DNA of 54,565 bases, filler included, from Jimgerdemannia flammicorona (Eukaryota), in the NCBI GenBank assembly GCA_003990765.1. It is 2 parts of 2 records of this genome, joined end to end, with 100 filler letters (N's around TTAATTAATTAA, not from the genome) between each part and the next. Parts side by side here need not be neighbours in the genome. Positions count along the whole stretch, not along the records: positions 1 to 27,233 come from RBNJ01000648.1; 1 more part is not named here. One strand, given 5' to 3'. The number at the start of each line of letters is the position of its first letter. Within the stretch, counting starts at the first letter, position 1. Shown in pieces: positions 1 through 13,000 of this stretch. The translations under genes and the position numbers were made by a program. The notes beneath the pieces are model-generated. The model was given only the letters and a program-made list of their open reading frames with translations, was not told the origin of the DNA and did no database searches.

Positions 1-279
1 TAAAAATAAATCTTCCATCATCTGAAACAGTTGCTTCAGCCGACCGGAGAAAAAAAGGATACATACTACAGCAAACTCCAGTGCGCACTGGATCATTGCA
101 AATGTTGAGTTCCAACATGTACAGACATCCAATATAAGCTCTTTTGGGGCTAAACTGATTGCCCTACATTGCACAGTGAATTTGTCTCGTCATTGTGGGG
201 ATGATCAGACTGACACAACCAGTTTGCGCAGCTTGGAAATTATACTCAGGGCCCCTCCTCTCTCAGATGTTTTGTCTAT

Positions 280-1430
280 ATGCATAAGATAGTCCTGAAC
301 AGTGAGGTTCAGTACATGGGCCTGGTATCACACATGGCAGCTTTCTGCACTGAAGGCCACATTTTCCTGTTTGAGGCTGGCCGCTAAATCTTGGAAAAAT
401 GTTGAGTTATTTGTGGCATTGTCCGTCATAATGGCCAAAATCTGTACTTGAAATATTTGGATGACAAATTTATGTGAAAATAAGTAACCAATAAAATCTG
501 GTTTAGTTTAGGACCTCCCTCCAAATGCTGACCTGATGGCAAGCCCCCCTTTTTTACCTTGGTGGTGATCCCAAGCTCCCAGATACAACTAATAAAAGCA
601 TCTGCGATGTTGTCTCCAGAATGAGGGCCAGCAAGTTTGACGAAGTCAAGGGTGAGAGATTTAAGCTACCAATCGAGGTCAATCCAATGACTAGTAATGC
701 CCAGAAATGAAATTGCATTGCGGGATGTCTATGTGTCGATCGTAAATGAAATTTTGCCTGCCAAATTCTGTTTATTGAATGTGAGGTTAAATTGGTGAGC
801 TCTTTTGTATAATTCAGCTTACAAAGGTCATGGTGCTGCCCTTATTTTACCTGAAGTGTCTGGCGGAGATTGTCATGCTCCTTCCTATAGGCCTCTGGGA
901 CATCTTTGCAAATAGTATTGGCACTTGGCAAATATAAATCATGCTTGAGGAGGCCAAAGATGCTATGCAATTGATCACTCTCGATGGTTGTGAATGGCTG
1001 GTCTGTGCACACAATCCAGCAAATGAGCTGATTTCGAAATTCTGCCAAAGAGTATGGCTAAAATTTTTGATTAAATGGCATTGTTGGTACAGAAATGGTC
1101 AGGCAATTGGATAAACATACCTACTACAGCTTGGATGTCGATTTTATTTGTCTCTGTGTTCTTTTTGATTTTGTCAGAGTGCTTGTCTTTTTGTGTTGAT
1201 TCATGTTCAAAGTCGTACCCCCAAGTATTTTGAACTTCTGGCTGGTGCAGTTCATGGGAGTGGATGAAACAATATCATATGTATATCAAAACAATATCAT
1301 ATATGTGTCAAAACAAAGTGTCAATAGGTGCATCTTAATTTTTTACCTGCAATAATTACAAACAACATCATCTTTTATCTTAGTACAATGTTGCCAGATT
1401 TCGAAGCATGGATTGCATGGAAGGTGTGGA
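280..1430 (-). pseudogene. hAT transposase remnant, intron-containing (BED finger, DNA-binding region, start of DDE domain)
   Basis: Manual translation: IWQHCTKIKDDVVCNYC (BED-like); FRNQLICWIVCTDQPFTTIES...LPSANTI; GKISFTIDT*TSRNAISFLGITSHWID...LDFVKLAGPHSGDNIA; ILAIMTDNATNN; AHVLNLTVQ. Segments are separated by GT..AG intron-like spacers and contain premature stops. Confidence 0.85.
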
Positions 1431-1589
1431 ACTATCAGGGATGTTTGACTTGAAGCATCATCGGTCCTGTGAACTGTTGAAGACTGATCTATCAACATGT
1501 GTATTTGCATGTTTGCATGTACATGTGTATGCATGTGTGTGTATGCGTGTGTGTGTGTTGTGTTCTAGATGCATCTGGCATATGAGTCA

Positions 1590-1960
1590 TGTGGAGGATT
1601 TGTATTGGAGGATTCGGTTGAAGGATTTGGATGAGGATTTGGATTGAAGGATTCAAATTGGAGGATTCAAATTGGAGGATTCAAATTAGAGGATTCAAAT
1701 TGAGTGATTCAGATTGAGTGATTTGGATTGAGTGATTCGGATTGAGTGATTCGGATTGAGTGGTTCAGATTGGAGTGGTTCGGATGGGTGATTTGGATGG
1801 GTGATTCGGATGGGGCGATTTGAATGGGGTGATTTGGATTGAGTGATTCGGATTGAGTGATTCGGATTGGAGTAGTTCAGATGGATGATTCGGATGGAAC
1901 AATTTAGATGGGGCAATTCAGATTAAATCCGAGTTGATTCGGATGGCTTTGGATTTGAGA
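1590..1960. repeat. Subterminal tandem repeats of the hAT element (GATTCGGATTGAGT / GGATTT-type units)
   Basis: Visible degenerate 10-14 bp units adjacent to the TIR; related GGATTCG units occur inside the MITE ends. Confidence 0.8.
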
Positions 1961-2269
1961 TTTGAATCAAACTGTCATGTGAAGAATCGAATCTGGATTT
2001 GATTCGAATTGACTTGTTCAGAGCACTACTAATTAGTAGCTTAGCTTGGATAAGCTATCATATCATATTGTTGGTCTGATCCTTCTTGAGCTAAGACTAC
2101 TCTAAGACTATCTTTGAAAATATCTATATATATATACATAAGATGATAGTTTTAGTATACCTCTCTCCACAACAATTTAAGTTGTATAAACTTCTGACAA
2201 TACTTTCAATATAGCTTTTAGAACAAAGGTAAAAACTCATGACAACCAATGAGAGATAGAGAAGTATAC

Positions 2270-3040
2270 TAGGCAGAGCAGTCCTAATGCATTCAACTAG
2301 CAGTATGTGGGGAGGAGTTATGGTTTAGGGGGAAGGCTGTTGGACTTACTGACTAAAGGACATAGAAGGAGAGAGAGTAGTGCTGGGAGACAGGAGACTG
2401 GAAGAGTGAGCTTAGCTAATAAGGTCAAGACTGAGTACTTGTCGATATGTTGAAGACCTAGCTATAGGAAGAAGGAGAGAGCTGTAGAGTCTGATAGAGA
2501 GACTCTAAAAAGTAGTAGTAGCAGAGCTATGAGAGTAATAGCTGGGAAAAGTAGGACTGCTAATAGAGAGAGAACTGCTAGTCTAGAATAAAATCCAGAT
2601 ATAATGGCTGATGGTAGGGCTGAACAGGGGTAGAGTACAAGGTCTGGAGATCTGGCTGATGGTATAACAGGTCTGGTAGCAGTACTATTATTCAAAAAAT
2701 CAGTATCTAAATTTACCATCACATTGTGCTTCTAGGGCCTATTGGTTATAACAAGGATGGTTCTGGGGCAGCTGGCCCAGGAGGGGAAAGGAGCTGTCTC
2801 AGTGAAGTTCTTAAAGAGTCTGGAGTGGGTTGAGATGGAGTTTGAGAAGGAGTTGATGTTGGGAGCATTGGAGAAAGGTGTGGTAGTAGGAGAGATAGCA
2901 ATCCCTATAGCTTAATGCTTATACTGGGACTCTTGGATAGTATAGCTAATGGTGGCAAATGTATCTATAGTGAAGAAGGAGAAGACAAGGAGACTGATTA
3001 TCAACATTATCAAGGAGTATAGAGATACTCTAAAATTGAC
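2270..3040 (+). mobile_element. Degenerate 5'/ORF1 fragment of the L1/Tx1-like LINE family
   Basis: ttcaactagcagtatgtggggaggagttatgg resembles 47962-47995, and tcagtgaagttcttaaagagtctggagtgggttgagatgg resembles 48491-48530. Confidence 0.7.
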
Positions 3041-4469
3041 ACATCTAAATTGAAAAGAATAAATATGTTATCATTATGTCATTTTAGATATCATGAGACT
3101 AATTAAGACTATTATATATATTGGTATATATCACTTTTGGGCTTAGCTTGCTTTATTTATATAATAATAAAAAAAAAAAAAATATGTACATTACTAGTAA
3201 CTAACCCAGCTATTTTGAAAGCTTAGTAGTTTACCAATTTATCTAACTTTATACAACTCTATCTATTTATAATCTTTATTATAAATGATGAGCAATAACA
3301 ATAACAACAACAACAACAGCTCTAAGCTCAACAGCAGATATAGGAATAGGCCAAATTTAACTACCAGATCACTACTACTATTACTCAACTCTATATAGTA
3401 TCTAATGAGGATATTATGGCTATGCAATGATACTACAAGCTCCTTGATAAACTCTTCCTTCACAAGCTAGGTAAACCTTCTATCAACTCTAACTGTATGG
3501 AAGAAAACAATGATAGTAATAATATGGATAATAAATTCTCTAATGATGAATTTCTTACTACTATTCAGACTAGAGAAATTAGGCACTACAATTTTCTAGA
3601 GACCTTCTCAGCAATCACCCTCACTCAATATATGAAAACCTATCTCACAGAATAAAGCTTCAAGAAGCTCCTCTGATGTAATCCTAAATCTCAAGATATA
3701 GTCTTCAAAAGTTCTAACATTGATAATATTATTCAGGATAGCTTTTCTAAATCTGTCAAAAAGTCTGACAAGGTCCTTGCTGATGCCCAGTAGACTATCT
3801 ACAATAGCTGACAACTAATTGCCATCCTCCTCCTTATCTTGGAGTCTTGACAAGATGATGACCTCTTCAACCAGTACCTTATCCACCCTAACATTACTAC
3901 TGAAATAGTAGTCAAGCTCCAAAACTCTCTTCAGATTGGTTATCACAAAGCCAAAAAGATACAAATCTGATAATATACAAAACTTACCAAATCTACTGGC
4001 TAGAGCAGAGTTCTCCTCACTATCTGTAAATAAGTCATCTCTGGATCTGACTATAATAGTAACCTTTTTAGTATCGAATTTGCCAAATGCTACTATACTA
4101 AAACCAAATATATTAATAATTTTCTTATCATCAAACAAGCAGATAAACTCTCCCATTCTGGGGTCTAGAACTCTAGTTCTATTAGTAGAGAAAAGTAATA
4201 TAAAGATAAGAGAAAAAGAAGTAAAGGTAATATTAAAGATAGTCCAGCTCCAATTTTTGAAAAAACCTAATTCTCATTAATCCAATAATATAGCTTCTCT
4301 CACAATAGCCCTTAGAACAAAAGAGAACCAATTGAAAATCCAAAGCCAAATATCTGAAGAATAATCTCTTATTAACCTTCTACTCTATTGTTCTAAAGAT
4401 ATGGTTGATATTAGTATAAGTTAGAGTGAAACTGACAGAGATTTCTGAGTCAGTATAGCAGATCTGAGA

Positions 4470-5250
4470 TATCAATGAGTGGGCTATTTATACTTTACAT
4501 AGCCAGATACATATTGGATAATAAGAGAGCCTTACCTACTATAAAAAACTCTGATATTTGTATATGAGAAGGGGATGTCAAAGATGGAACAGACTTTAGC
4601 CAATATGGCAATAGAGGACTTTCTGATCAAGAATGCAATCTACAAAGTAGCTCCAGAAGAAGAACTGTTTTATTTGAACCTCTTTACAGTCATTAAATCT
4701 GATAAGATCTGAGTAATTATTGATATATATACTATAAATAAATTTGTTAAGTATTTATACTTTAAGATAGAGAGAATCCAAATACTTCAATATATAGTGT
4801 ACTCAGGAAATTTCTAATCAAGATTAACATTAAGGATATCTTTCTTCATATCTCTCTATATCTCTCCAATCAGTAATATCTAGTAATATTTTGTTAAAAA
4901 CTGAAACTACAAATTCTGAGCACTACTATTTGACCTCTCCTCAGTATCTTAGATTTTCACCAAGCTGATGATAGCAGTTCTCAAATCTCTTTAAATATGA
5001 GTATTTAACTGATATTTTATATAGATGATCTCTATCTTCTGGCATCATTAAAAAAGGAGGCCATACAATATAGACAGATGGTTCAGGAGTACTTGGAGAC
5101 CTTGGACTTCTCTCTATATCTAACAAAGCTTAATAGTAGTAAATATCTGAAATTTATAGTCAACACAGTGATAATAGAACTCTACTACTAATAAACAGAT
5201 TTTAAAGATATAAAAAGAGACAAAGATAATAACCAAAGCTATATTCTCAG
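4470..5250 (+). pseudogene. DIRS-like (tyrosine-recombinase retrotransposon type) reverse transcriptase relic; the element probably spans ~3200-5950
   Basis: Decayed but ordered motifs: VGYLYFT*P; IEDFLIKNAIYKV; FYLNLFTVIK; INKFVKYLYFKIE; KINIKDIFLHISL; F*ALLFDLSSVS*IFTKLM; LIFYIDDLYLL (YIDD at 5018-5029); LETLDFSL. No recombinase could be recognised. Confidence 0.65.
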
Positions 5251-6341
5251 AGACTATTCTGATTTAACTTTGATAGAACTTTGCAATTCATTATCATATA
5301 TAGACTTTCTAGCCTATTTTCAAATTGGAAGTCTAATCAATGATCTTCAGAGGACTCTTTAAGATGATAACTAAGATAAGATACATAACTAATATATATA
5401 CAAATATAATATGATAAAAAAGGATTTTAATAGTCTAAAATGTATTCTGTATGATTACTTATTCATAAGATCTTTTTCTTAAACATATAGCTCAAACTTC
5501 AGCTGTAAAAGGACTTTTGTAAATAAATCTACTATTCTATACTCTATAGAGATATATTCTAGATATAGACTTCTACACTTTATATATTTATAAATAAAGT
5601 AATATATTATATCAATATACTTCATTCTACTATAATATATCAGATTTATTATAAGTGCTATTATTGATTAATTGTCTTACCTAATTAGATAGAGTTCTAT
5701 TCTTAAGTAAATTTGAGCTCTTTTAATAGTTTATAAAACCATATGATCTCTTTTATTACTTATGATTATGCCTTGTTGCCATGGAACTCTGCTTATATGT
5801 TTGTTATAAAACAATGGACTATTTATCATTTTTGCTAATATTCAAGTCTCTAGTCTAATCAGTATCATATGTATCAGATAGCTAGATTCTGTTGCTTTTG
5901 CATTTACTTCTGCTCAATCTAATATTGCTGCATCCACCCAATATAAGCATATAGATGCTGATCTCTTTAAGTATCTAAATATTTTCTTGATCACTAACTA
6001 ATATAAGTTGTCTTAGTATGAGTAATACTATACTACTTTATTGATAGTATAGGATATGTCAGACCTTATTACAAGTATTAAATACATAAGAGAACTGAGA
6101 GTTTGTCAACAGGGGAAGTTGGTGACAGCATTCTTGATAGGTGTATTGTTGTCTTCCTCAGGTATAGTATCAGGCTTCCTTAACTTTATAAAATTCTCTA
6201 TAAGCCAATATTTCACCCATGAAGAGTTGGAAGAGCACAGCTGAGTATTCCAGCCTGGAAAGAGTGTACATATACATATAATTGTCCCAATCCTCATACC
6301 TCTCCTCACATAGCCACTAATTTCTATAATATAATTATAAT

Positions 6342-6497
6342 ACAACTTTCAAAGACGAATCTCTTGGCTCTCGCATCGATGAAGAATGCAGAGAAATGCG
6401 ATATGTAATGTGAATTGCAGACTTCAGTGAATCGTTGAATCTTCGAACGCATATAGCGCTCTCTGGTATTCTGGAGAGTACACCTGTTGCAGTATCA
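6342..6497 (+). rRNA. 5.8S rRNA, diverged copy (likely pseudogene)
   Basis: acaactttc...tctcttggctctcgcatcgatgaagaatgcagagaaatgcgatatgtaatgtgaattgcag...gtgaatc...ttcgaacgca...cctgttgcagtatca, with substitutions at normally conserved sites. Confidence 0.92.
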
Positions 6498-6691
6498 AAT
6501 ATGGCATCCAGAATTTGGGTTGTTAGTAAGTCTGTGTCGAATTATTGGGATTTGGGCTTTGCCGAATCCTAGTTTAGCTGGCCTTTAATAATTTAGCCAC
6601 ATCATGAGATTTCTTGGTCGATCCCTTCCTCTGAAGCCTGTCTTTTTCTGTAATTTGGCGAAATAATATGGAAGATTGAAAATTCATTGTT
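6498..6691 (+). other. ITS2
   Basis: ~195 bp spacer between the 5.8S end and the LSU start. Confidence 0.8.
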
Positions 6692-7180
6692 TATATCTGA
6701 AATCAGGTGGGACAACCCGCCGAACTTAAGCACATCAATAAGCGGAGGAAATGGAATTAACAAGGATTCTCGGTGAGCGGGAAAAGCTCAGATTTAAAAT
6801 CTGGCAGGTACGCTGTCCGAGTTGTAGTTTCAAGAAGCGTTTTCGGTGCACGTCCGGGTATGGAACAGGGCATCATAGAGGGTGAGAAACCCGTTTATGA
6901 CCCCGAACTGCGTACTATGTGATACGTTTTCCAAAAGTCAGGTTGTTTGGGAATGCAGCCTAAATGGGTTCTCAAACTAAATATTGGCGAGAACAAGTAC
7001 CGTGAGGGAATGATGAAAACAATTTTGAAAAGAGAGTTAAACAGTACGTGAAATTGTTGAAAGGGAAACGTTTGAAATCAGTCGTGCGGGCAGGTAATCC
7101 GCTTGACCTTTGCGTCTTGTGCACTTTCTCGTTTCCCAGGCCAGCGTCGGTTTGTTTGCCCGATTAATGCCAAGGGAATG
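6692..7180 (+). rRNA. 28S/LSU rRNA 5' fragment (D1 to part of D2), truncated pseudogene
   Basis: acccgccgaacttaagcacatcaataagcggaggaaa; gagggtgagaaacccg; gttgtttgggaatgcagc; aacaagtaccgtgaggga; ttgaaaagagagttaaacagtacgtgaaattgttgaaagggaaacg. Several short deletions fall in conserved blocks and homology ends near 7180. Confidence 0.9.
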
Positions 7181-9106
7181 CTGGTTTGGTGCTTGTAGTT
7201 TCTAGTCTTCGAATCTGCCAGTCCACCTTTATTATCATTGACAAACATCCTATGAATACAGTTTTAAATGACTCATACTATAAACCCCATAAAAGCTGTT
7301 TAATAAACCCTTCAGATTGGCCACTACACCTCAGTGGCGACATCATAATTTTCGTTCGTGATGGCAGACACCACTCGATAAATAAAGCCGACAGATGGCA
7401 CTACGGCATGACGCTGGTGGTGGGTGTGCGATTAATTAAATATAAAGAGGCAATTGGTATATTACACTGTAAGTAGAAAAACCAAAGCAGAATCCTATAA
7501 CAGAACTTTCATCAGCAACGCTCGAAACAAGTTTCCAGATAAAACGACATTTACCCGTCGACCACTGTAAATAATCGAACTTTAGTTGCGTGATGTGAAG
7601 TTGTTGAACCTCGTGATAAAACTATCCTAGTGACAGAGTCGATGATCTGCGGTCAATAGGGAAGAAGGATGATAAAGATTAAGACAGACGTTTCAGCAAG
7701 AAGCAATACATTTACTGAGAAGGAGAAGGAAATAATAATACTGTGAATGAAAATGGCCACGGTCCACCTAACCACACAGTTTACACCACCAACTCCCGAC
7801 CAGCCACACAAGTCGGCGAAACCCACCTTGTCCTCCCAGGAGTGTTGGTGGGAGGGATTTTGAGCGCTTCCATCAGATCGATGTCGATGCCGTTGCGGTA
7901 GTCGACATCGTGAATTGTCTTGCATGCGTGACTGAATGGCATTGATGTATAGATAAGAATATAATAGACATGAGGTCGTATTCCGCCATCTCACCCAACA
8001 CAGAGCAAAACCAATATATACAACAACACATACCATCTTAACCATCGGTCTCTCTCTCTCCCTTGCCAGCTGGCTCACGAGGTTCTGGTTCACACAACAC
8101 GTTCTTCAGGGCCTCAAAAAACTTGTCACTCATGTCGCCGAAACCCCTCCTCCCTGTCCCCTCCTGTCCAACTCCTCCAGTTCCAGCGTCATCAACGAAC
8201 GAGAACTTGCGGAGGCGAGGTGGCCGGTGCGCCTGAGGTCGAACGTTCGTACGGTTGAGAAAAGGGTCTGTGTCTGTCAGTCGTCTGGGAGGCGGTCAAG
8301 GTTGCGAACATGGGACAGCCTGTGGTTGCCTTGGCAGGGTGAGGGGGGGTGTGGAAGGAGGAGGGGAGGAAAAGGTCGTCGGGGAGGGAGGGAGGTCATT
8401 GTGGTCAGAATCTTGCGGGGGTGATTGTCTGTCGAGTCGTCTAGGTTGGGATGAGGTCAAGGGAAGTCAAGAACAGGGAACGAAACGGTAAGAGAACGGT
8501 GCCACACGGGGTCTTTAACTATCCTTAGGGAATTTCCACCGATTCCAAGCTAATACGATACCTGTTCGGAAATGAGCAATCTCCGTTCACGGCAATAAAA
8601 TTGGCGATCAGCATTACGATTATGCCTCAAAATAAATGCCTCCAAATCCAGGCTTTCTACGCATTTTGAAACCGCTCAGGGCAGACCGAAAGGCGAATAA
8701 AACGGACTTAAGCGGGGTCCCCATATAAATGTAGTATTTTTAGTGGATTCTTAAGCTTGAAATAAAAAGGCAGTCTGGCAGTCTGAAACCGGGAATAAGC
8801 AGCGTATATTCATTGAAGTGGGTGCATTCGCAAGGATCGGATATCCAAGGAATGCCCTTACGACAGGTGGCTTTTCAGACCCCACTGGTCGTCCCCAGAC
8901 GCATTTCACAGTAAATTCCTTAGTAAATCCGTCCACATAGATCCCTCTACAAACCGCTTGCATCCCCACCTTTTTTATCTACATCTCAACGATCAATTTC
9001 TGTGGAACCGTTACAGCGGTTATGAGACGACAGTGACGGGCAATCCAGCCATTTGCCCTATTCTTTTCACACTATCTCCTATCCCGACGGCGACAGAATG
9101 AACAGC

Positions 9107-10084
9107 TCTTCCTTTTGCCATCACCAACGAGGTGTTGTCTCAGTGTGTTGTGGGCTATATAGGGAGTCAGCTGACCTTGGGCATCAAGTGTCCAGTGTAG
9201 GTTACCTGCTGGTCCTCAGTGTCTGTGATGGGGCCCTCTGGCTTTGGCAAGCTTTCCAGTGAGCATGGTTCTGGTGTAGGTGGCTGCTTTTCAGGTGTTG
9301 TCCGAATGGAAGGGGAGATGGCCATCACAGATAGGAGGAAGGGCAATAACAATGAACCTGTAGGGTGCCAGGCTGGGGGTGGTTGTCAGGGCTGGGGTGG
9401 GTGCTGCTTCAGTGGGGCCTTTTGATTGGTATAGAGGGGTTAGGTGGTAGGTATCACTCTTGGCTTCTTTTGGCAATTCAGCAGGTTGGGCCCCAGTCAT
9501 TGGGGTGGGTCAGGGGGGCCAAGGCTATCCATTTCAGGTGTCTTGGCTGACTCAACTGGAACCAAGAGCTGACATGGCAATGTGATTGAGGCCTGCAGGC
9601 TTGAGTAATGGAGTATTGGGGGTTTCCTCCCACCTTATGTATAAGTCCTTTACTTATCTCAACTGGGAGAACTAGGCCCTACCCACTGTGATATACTTTA
9701 ATGAGAGTTTTTCTTTGCCTGTCATTCTCTTTAGAGTGGTAGGGGCTATTCTATTTGGCTTGGGCATGGCCTTGTACATATGTTGGGGTCTTGGACATAT
9801 GCTTTCAGTTATTGGCATATGGCTGGGTTCCCCCTGGTAGTAGAGAGAGCATGGTGCACAGAATGAGGTATAGGCCAATATAGACCCTGCTGTGCCTAGA
9901 ATAGTAAAGCTGCTGGACAATAGCTAGCCTAGATTAATGGAGGGACAGTGCTTGATAGGTGGTGGGGGAGAGTTTTGGCCTATATTATCTAGGTTCCCTT
10001 CCAATAAAAATCTGCAGAACATTGATTCCATTAACAAAAATAAAATAAAATAAAATAAAATAAAATAAAATAAAATAAAATAAA
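9107..10084 (+). mobile_element. 5'-truncated LINE copy (3' UTR plus A-rich tail)
   Basis: Colinear with ~53695-54565; ends with AATAAA (~10003) and an (AAAAT)n tail at ~10036-10084. Confidence 0.88.
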
Positions 10085-13000
10085 GTTTAGTAGTAGGTAG
10101 CAGGCATTCTTGTCTTGTCTTTTCTTTATGAGGAGAGGGGAATAAGAGTTGTAGGATATTCTTGCCTTAGATATTTATACTTATTCATCTGTCTGGTGTG
10201 ATCTTCTTTTGATCATATTTTTCAGTAGAATGTGCTATAAGCAGAGCATGTGCTTGTCATATGAAAAAATTTAGATTTCAAAGATATTACTACTTACAGT
10301 TATAATTACACAGAATTGACAGATCTTGGTCCTATTTTTTTTTTGTCTAGTTGGTGCATTTGTGAGAACTGGCCATTCTTGTCTATGGTGAGAGCTCATA
10401 TTATTATAGCTAGGAGTTTGAACCTTTTGGAAATAGTAATTTTTATAATCTGAGACAATTCCAAGTAACAATATCTATCATGCAGATAGACTTAGATTGG
10501 TTTCAACATTATTAGATTTCCTAAATTTTATATAAAATATGGGTCATCATCCAGTGGAGATGATACAGATAGTATGAAATAGAGTTATTCAAATACATTT
10601 TGCTATACTATGCTAGATTGTCCTATACCTGAGTATCTTCTTGTTGATTAATTATAGTATTCTTTTTTCTGTAATGTTCAGTATAATATATTTCAGATAA
10701 AAATATGTAGTATACTCCTTATTTACTATGTACTCTAATTTTCAGAGCTGCAGTTCCTTCCTCTGCTGGGGGGTGAGTGTTTTCATATAGTCCTAAAGGG
10801 CTTTACATGTATTCTCCAGAGCTTCTTCCTTTTCTCAGATAGCATCATGAGTGGGGTAACCCTTCCACTTGATGAGGAAAAACTGCTTGACTGTTTTGAG
10901 ATATTTGAAGACCTTGTAGTCAAGTACTTCTTCAATTTCAAATTTCTCATAATCATTGATCCTAATTGGAGATAGTGGTAGAACTATATACTTTCTCATA
11001 GTAGTCCACTAATTGGCTGATATGGAATACTGGGTATACTCAAATATTGTGGGAAAGTTGCAACTTGGAGTTGACTTTGCTGACTTTTTCCACAATCTTG
11101 TATGGTCCAATTCTTCTAGTACAGAGTTTCTTGACTAGTTGTTGTGTCAGGGTGTCTGGGTGGAGGTGGTCTGTTCTAAGCATAACCATGTCACCAATAT
11201 TGTAGGAGACTTCTCTTTACTTCAAGTTTGTATACTTGGTCTAGTAGTCTTATAATTCTATGAGAGCATCTCTTATCATTCAGGTAAGATCAGAAATAGT
11301 CTCTGCCAGATCTTAGGCTACTTGGACTACTGATTATGCAGTAGTGCTTGGGGTCCTTGGGTATTGACTGTGGTTCAAGAAGAATGGAGTCTTCTTTATA
11401 GAGGTTTGCTGGCTATTGTTGTAGGTAAACACAGTATGGGCTAGGTACTTGTCCCAATCATTCTGCTTGTAATAGCAGAAGATGCTAAACATCTGTTTGA
11501 GAGTCCTATTGATTTGCTCAGTTTGACTATCAGTCTGGGGGTAGTAGGCAGTAGAGAACTTCAGCTTAGTTCTATAGAGTAGCCCAATGTTGAATTCTTT
11601 GGCTAGGCTACTTTGTTCAGCAAGACAGATATATGTACCTTTGAGAGCTTGTATTGTAATCTCTGTTTGCACTGTAGCATTGGTACTTGGTAGAATGGTG
11701 AGGTCTTAGTTATTATAGAGGTCATATCCAGTATCATTAGGATAGGAATTAATGGGGATGGTAGCCTTATACCATATTTTCTGCACTTTTATAATATTCT
11801 CAGGGTTCTTCTTTTCTGAATCTTCTCCAATAATAGTAATGTTCTGATTGCTGGGTTTGCCTAATCTGTTTCACTTCTCAGGGCATTTGAATGAGATATG
11901 TTCTGCCTTTCTACAGATGAAGCACAATCCTTTTTCATGAAGCTGCTTCTTTTTGTCCTCAGTGGGAGGTCTGGGTCCTCTGGGGTTTTGCTGATTCCTT
12001 TGATCATTTCTTTGGTCACATCTTTGATCATTTCTCCTTGTGGAATTCCTCCTATCTTGGTTATCCTTCTCGTATTCTGGATTTCATTGGACTTGTGCAG
12101 CAAGGATTTCACAGGCTCTTCTTTATACTTGAGTAAAGCACTATGAGAAGTAGGGACATCCTTTGGGTAGGCCTTGTTTCTTAATCTTCTGAGTGAGCCA
12201 GTCTGGTAGGGTTGCAAAGAGATGGTTGCCTCTAGTACCATTGATGGCCAAATTATTTTCCTGGTAGATAAGTCCAATGGTTTTAAGGTAGTCATCCATT
12301 CTGGTAGTAAAGGTTTCTATATCCTCCTCACTCTTCTTGTGAAACTTTATCTGGGTCAGTTTGTTCCAAGTTTATTATATGTAGGCTGCATTTTAGAATT
12401 TGGTCGGTAGCATGACTTTGAGTCCTGGGCCTGCTTTATAGTCATCCCAACCTAGTCTGTTATGGGCTTGTGCTTAGCCTGCAACTTGGGGTGGTCTTCC
12501 CAGATTACTTGTTGTTCCAAAGTTTGTCAGAATTCAGCTGCTATTCCCAAAAAGAATGTGGCTACTGTTTCCACTTGTACTGCTGATGTGGCAAATAGTG
12601 CTCTGATCAAGTCAATCTGGATGGGATTCGGATGGATTCGAATCCCATCTGGATCAACTCGGATGGGATTCATATCCCATCTGGATGGATTCGAATCAAC
12701 CATTGTTTTGATTTCCAAATTAGACAATTAAATGTTTACATCAACAACTTGATGTATAATCATCCAAATTGGATGATCTTGGTGTCATTTGAAGGCTCTT
12801 AATAAGGCCTTTCTAATGATACCAAGTACATTAAAATCGGATTATGCATTGCTGAGATATTAAGGAAAACGTTCTATTTGACAAAATTTCCAAAATCGGC
12901 AAATCGAAGAATTTCCAAAATTGGCGATTCAGACAGTGTCCTTCATAACTCAGCAATGCATGATCCGATTTCAATGTTCTTGGTATCATTAGATAGGCCT

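Larger units (their letters stand above)
1..2028 (-). mobile_element. hAT-superfamily DNA transposon, 5' part (runs off the window's left edge)
   Basis: Terminus read on the minus strand is TAGTGCTCTGAACAAGTCAATTCGAATC (ending at 2028), the same TIR as the MITE at 12596-13187. Subterminal tandem repeats and a transposase remnant lie inside. Confidence 0.85.

Noticed and set aside
1590..1960. CRISPR-like or repeat-protein reading (ORF 1695-1916)
   Set aside because: No unique spacers and no cas genes; these are hAT subterminal repeats in a eukaryotic context.
7653..8093. 146-aa ORF as a real gene
   Set aside because: Non-ATG start, no recognisable domain, and composition typical of a chance ORF.
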